This document shows positions 26,722 to 28,957 of a stretch of DNA of 28,957 nucleotides, in pieces. The notes beneath the pieces were generated by a model. The model was not told the DNA's origin, did no database searches, and saw only the letters and a list, made by a program, of their open reading frames with translations. Position 1 is the first letter of the stretch; the number at the start of each line of letters is the position of its first letter. The translations under genes were made by a program, and so were the position numbers. The DNA is from Candidatus Hodarchaeota archaeon. Its GTDB lineage: Archaea; Asgardarchaeota; Heimdallarchaeia; Hodarchaeales; Hodarchaeaceae. Where the stretch lies: NCBI GenBank assembly GCA_016839785.1, contig JAEOTQ010000101.1, forward strand, positions 1 through 28,957, in the 5' to 3' direction.

Positions 26722-27756
26722 ATGATCACAAAGGCGTTTAATATGAAAATTTTGATAACTTCTCCATTCCATGAATCTGGATTACGACTTTTAAGGGATT
26801 CTGGAAATGTAGAGGTAATGTATGAAAACTGGAGAGAGACTGGAACTATTTATTTTGATGAGGATGAGCTAATTGAAAAGTTGAGCTCAAATGGGATAGA
26901 TATTTTCATTACAGAAGGGGATGAGGTAGATTCAACAGTTATTGAAAAAACACAATTGAAATTGATTGGAAGCACCCGTGGAACCCCAGTCAATATAGAT
27001 CTTGATGCAGCGACTGCGAAAGAAATTCCAGTAATCTATACACCATTTCGAAACGCTGATGCTGTTGCTGACCTAACAGTGGCCATGATGCTGTCACAAG
27101 CTCGTAAAATGGTTGAATTGGATAGACTTCTTCGAAATGGTAATTTTGACGTCTCAGATTTAGATGATGACGATGGATTTGCCGATTTTTACAATCGATA
27201 CACGGGTATTGAGCTCGGAGGGCTTACAATCGGAATAATTGGATATGGTCAAATAGGCCAAAGAGTAGGAAAGCGTCTATTTCATGGATTTGGCTCCAAA
27301 TTACTCTATTATGATCCTTATATTCCAGATGACCATCCAAATGTAGTAGAAACGAATGCTACTAAGGTAGATTTAGAAACATTAATGAAAAAATCAGATA
27401 TGATATCAATTCATACACCTCCCATCGAAGAAACCGAGGAAATGATTGATGAACACTTATTTAATCTGATGAAACCCACAGCTTACTTTTTTAACTTAGC
27501 ACGGTCATTCTGCATTGATGAAGATGCTTTATTTGATGTATTGAAAAATAAACGAATTGCGGGCGCAGGATTGGATGTTTTTGATGATGAACCAGTAGAT
27601 TCCGACAATCGTTTTCTCCAATTTGATAATGTAACAGTGATGCCTCATTTTGGAGGTAATACACACGATGTCATACGTCATCAAACTGAAATGATAGTAA
27701 CTGATGTACTCAATTTCATCAATAATCGCCCCCTAATAAATAAGTGGAGCAGTTAG
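26722..27756 (+). CDS. D-isomer-specific 2-hydroxyacid dehydrogenase (SerA-like catalytic domain)
   Basis: GIIGYGQIG, NLAR, GLDVFDDEP, MPHFGG. Start may be ATG 26743. Confidence 0.93.
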   Translation: MITKAFNMKILITSPFHESGLRLLRDSGNVEVMYENWRETGTIYFDEDELIEKLSSNGIDIFITEGDEVDSTVIEKTQLKLIGSTRGTPVNIDLDAATAKEIPVIYTPFRNADAVADLTVAMMLSQARKMVELDRLLRNGNFDVSDLDDDDGFADFYNRYTGIELGGLTIGIIGYGQIGQRVGKRLFHGFGSKLLYYDPYIPDDHPNVVETNATKVDLETLMKKSDMISIHTPPIEETEEMIDEHLFNLMKPTAYFFNLARSFCIDEDALFDVLKNKRIAGAGLDVFDDEPVDSDNRFLQFDNVTVMPHFGGNTHDVIRHQTEMIVTDVLNFINNRPLINKWSS

Positions 27757-27761
27757 AATTC

Positions 27762-28787
27762 TCAATATTCTCTATCTAAGTTTACCACATTCAGAAAATC
27801 ATTGCGACCCTTGTTGTATCTTTTGATGTTTTCAATCACTTCATCCCACCTTTTTAAATCGGAAAAAGGGGAGGCCGCTCTGTGAGGAGACAAAATAACA
27901 TTATTTAGGATATTAAATGGATAATGGAATGGAAATTTATGTCCTTTCTCATCCTCATTAGGGGAGTACTCGTACCATACATCTATTGCTGCGCCAAGTA
28001 TTTTATTCTCTTTTAAAGCATTGAATAAGCTTTTTTCGTTCACTACAGAACCTCTACTAACATTAACGATAATACCATCAGACCCTAATAGCTTTAATTC
28101 ATTCTCATTGATTAAATCTTTCGTCTCTGTCGTTTCAGGTACAGCAACGATGAGAATATTGATTGATTTTAGGAACTCATTGAGTTGATCTTTGGAGAAG
28201 ATCGTAACATCTGTAAAAGTGGATGAAAGGGCTCTTTTGGTTCTTTTGAGTATAGAAAATTGGATATCAAATCCAGATAAAAACCTGTGAACTTTAGAAT
28301 TGATAGCTCCATACCCGAGTAAACCTACTTTCTTATCTCTCAAGGGGATGGAAGTTGCTTCTTTATCACCCCTTCTCCATTTTCCTTCTTTCATCCACGT
28401 ATGATGAGGAATTATCTTATTTAGTAGTGTTAATAACATAGCAACAGCATGTTGAGCTGTGAAATATGAATTCCCGTGACCATTAATCAAAGTCACATTT
28501 CGTGACTGATTAAGCTCTCTAAAGAATTCAATATGATGTTTTATTCCAGTTCCTGGATTTATAAAGAGTTTCATCTTTTTAGCGACTAACTTAATCTCAT
28601 CCTTTACCCTCCATCCAATAAGTATGTCCGCTGTTGGAGCTAATATCAGAAGTTCTTCTTCAGATTGGGAAGAAGGAAATATAAGGTTAACTTCAGAATA
28701 ATTGGAAAGATTTTCTTGAATATAAGATTTTAGTCTGTCATTTACTTCCCAGGTAAATAGAACATTTGTGATATTAGATGGACTCAA
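27762..28787 (-). CDS. D-isomer-specific 2-hydroxyacid dehydrogenase
   Basis: GLLGYGAI, NVSRG, AAIDVWY, SPHRA. Confidence 0.92.
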   Translation of the reverse strand: MSPSNITNVLFTWEVNDRLKSYIQENLSNYSEVNLIFPSSQSEEELLILAPTADILIGWRVKDEIKLVAKKMKLFINPGTGIKHHIEFFRELNQSRNVTLINGHGNSYFTAQHAVAMLLTLLNKIIPHHTWMKEGKWRRGDKEATSIPLRDKKVGLLGYGAINSKVHRFLSGFDIQFSILKRTKRALSSTFTDVTIFSKDQLNEFLKSINILIVAVPETTETKDLINENELKLLGSDGIIVNVSRGSVVNEKSLFNALKENKILGAAIDVWYEYSPNEDEKGHKFPFHYPFNILNNVILSPHRAASPFSDLKRWDEVIENIKRYNKGRNDFLNVVNLDREY

Positions 28788-28957
28788 TCAATTCACACAC
28801 ATTTACGTTTCTACCATGGAGGGAATGGTCAGAGGAAATTATCTTCAATTTTTTCCTTTTAATTCTCAAAAGAGGAAAGAGTTTTTAGGGATATTTGTCA
28901 CTTAAGGATACAAACTTAGAATATATTGTCAGAAAAGGAGCAATTTCTGATGTTAGA

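Noticed and set aside
1-28957. tRNA/rRNA genes, transposases, integrases, prophage or defence genes
   Set aside because: No GC-rich structured RNA-like segment, cloverleaf or mobile-element protein motif was seen; intergenic regions are short and AT-rich.

Overview
AT-rich, gene-dense chromosomal segment that is most likely archaeal, probably Asgard (Heimdallarchaeia/Hodarchaeales-like). This is inferred from GGTGA ribosome-binding sites, TTTATA-type promoter boxes, oligo-T terminators, a tungsten-family AOR and a large RING-domain protein. About 24 genes are present. Left part: 5'-truncated oligoendopeptidase F, a 1052-aa helical protein ending in Zn-ribbon plus RING, a ferritin-like protein, a cyclase/KynB-family hydrolase, a frameshifted SAM methyltransferase, a GNAT-like unknown, type IA topoisomerase, an orphan EutA, a metallophosphoesterase and an aldo/keto reductase. 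Middle: a minus-strand operon (7-TM protein, 12-TM His-rich protein, heme O synthase) divergent from a Cys-containing HxlR regulator, with an array of CTTAC-N6-GTAAG palindromes between them, then a membrane protein and a VOC gene with an internal TAA. Right part: a Mo xanthine-dehydrogenase-family large/small pair back-to-back with a W-AOR, followed by SCP2, class II aldolase, FGGY kinase and two D-2-hydroxyacid dehydrogenases. No rRNA, tRNA, CRISPR array or mobile element was recognised. The best candidates for an undescribed system are (1) the HxlR-linked heme operon, whose 12-TM protein has histidines placed like heme-copper oxidase subunit I and heme A synthase but lacks the catalytic motifs of both, and (2) the solenoid-ZnF-RING protein with a GATOR2-like C-terminus. 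All homology calls are motif recognition by eye; no searches were run.
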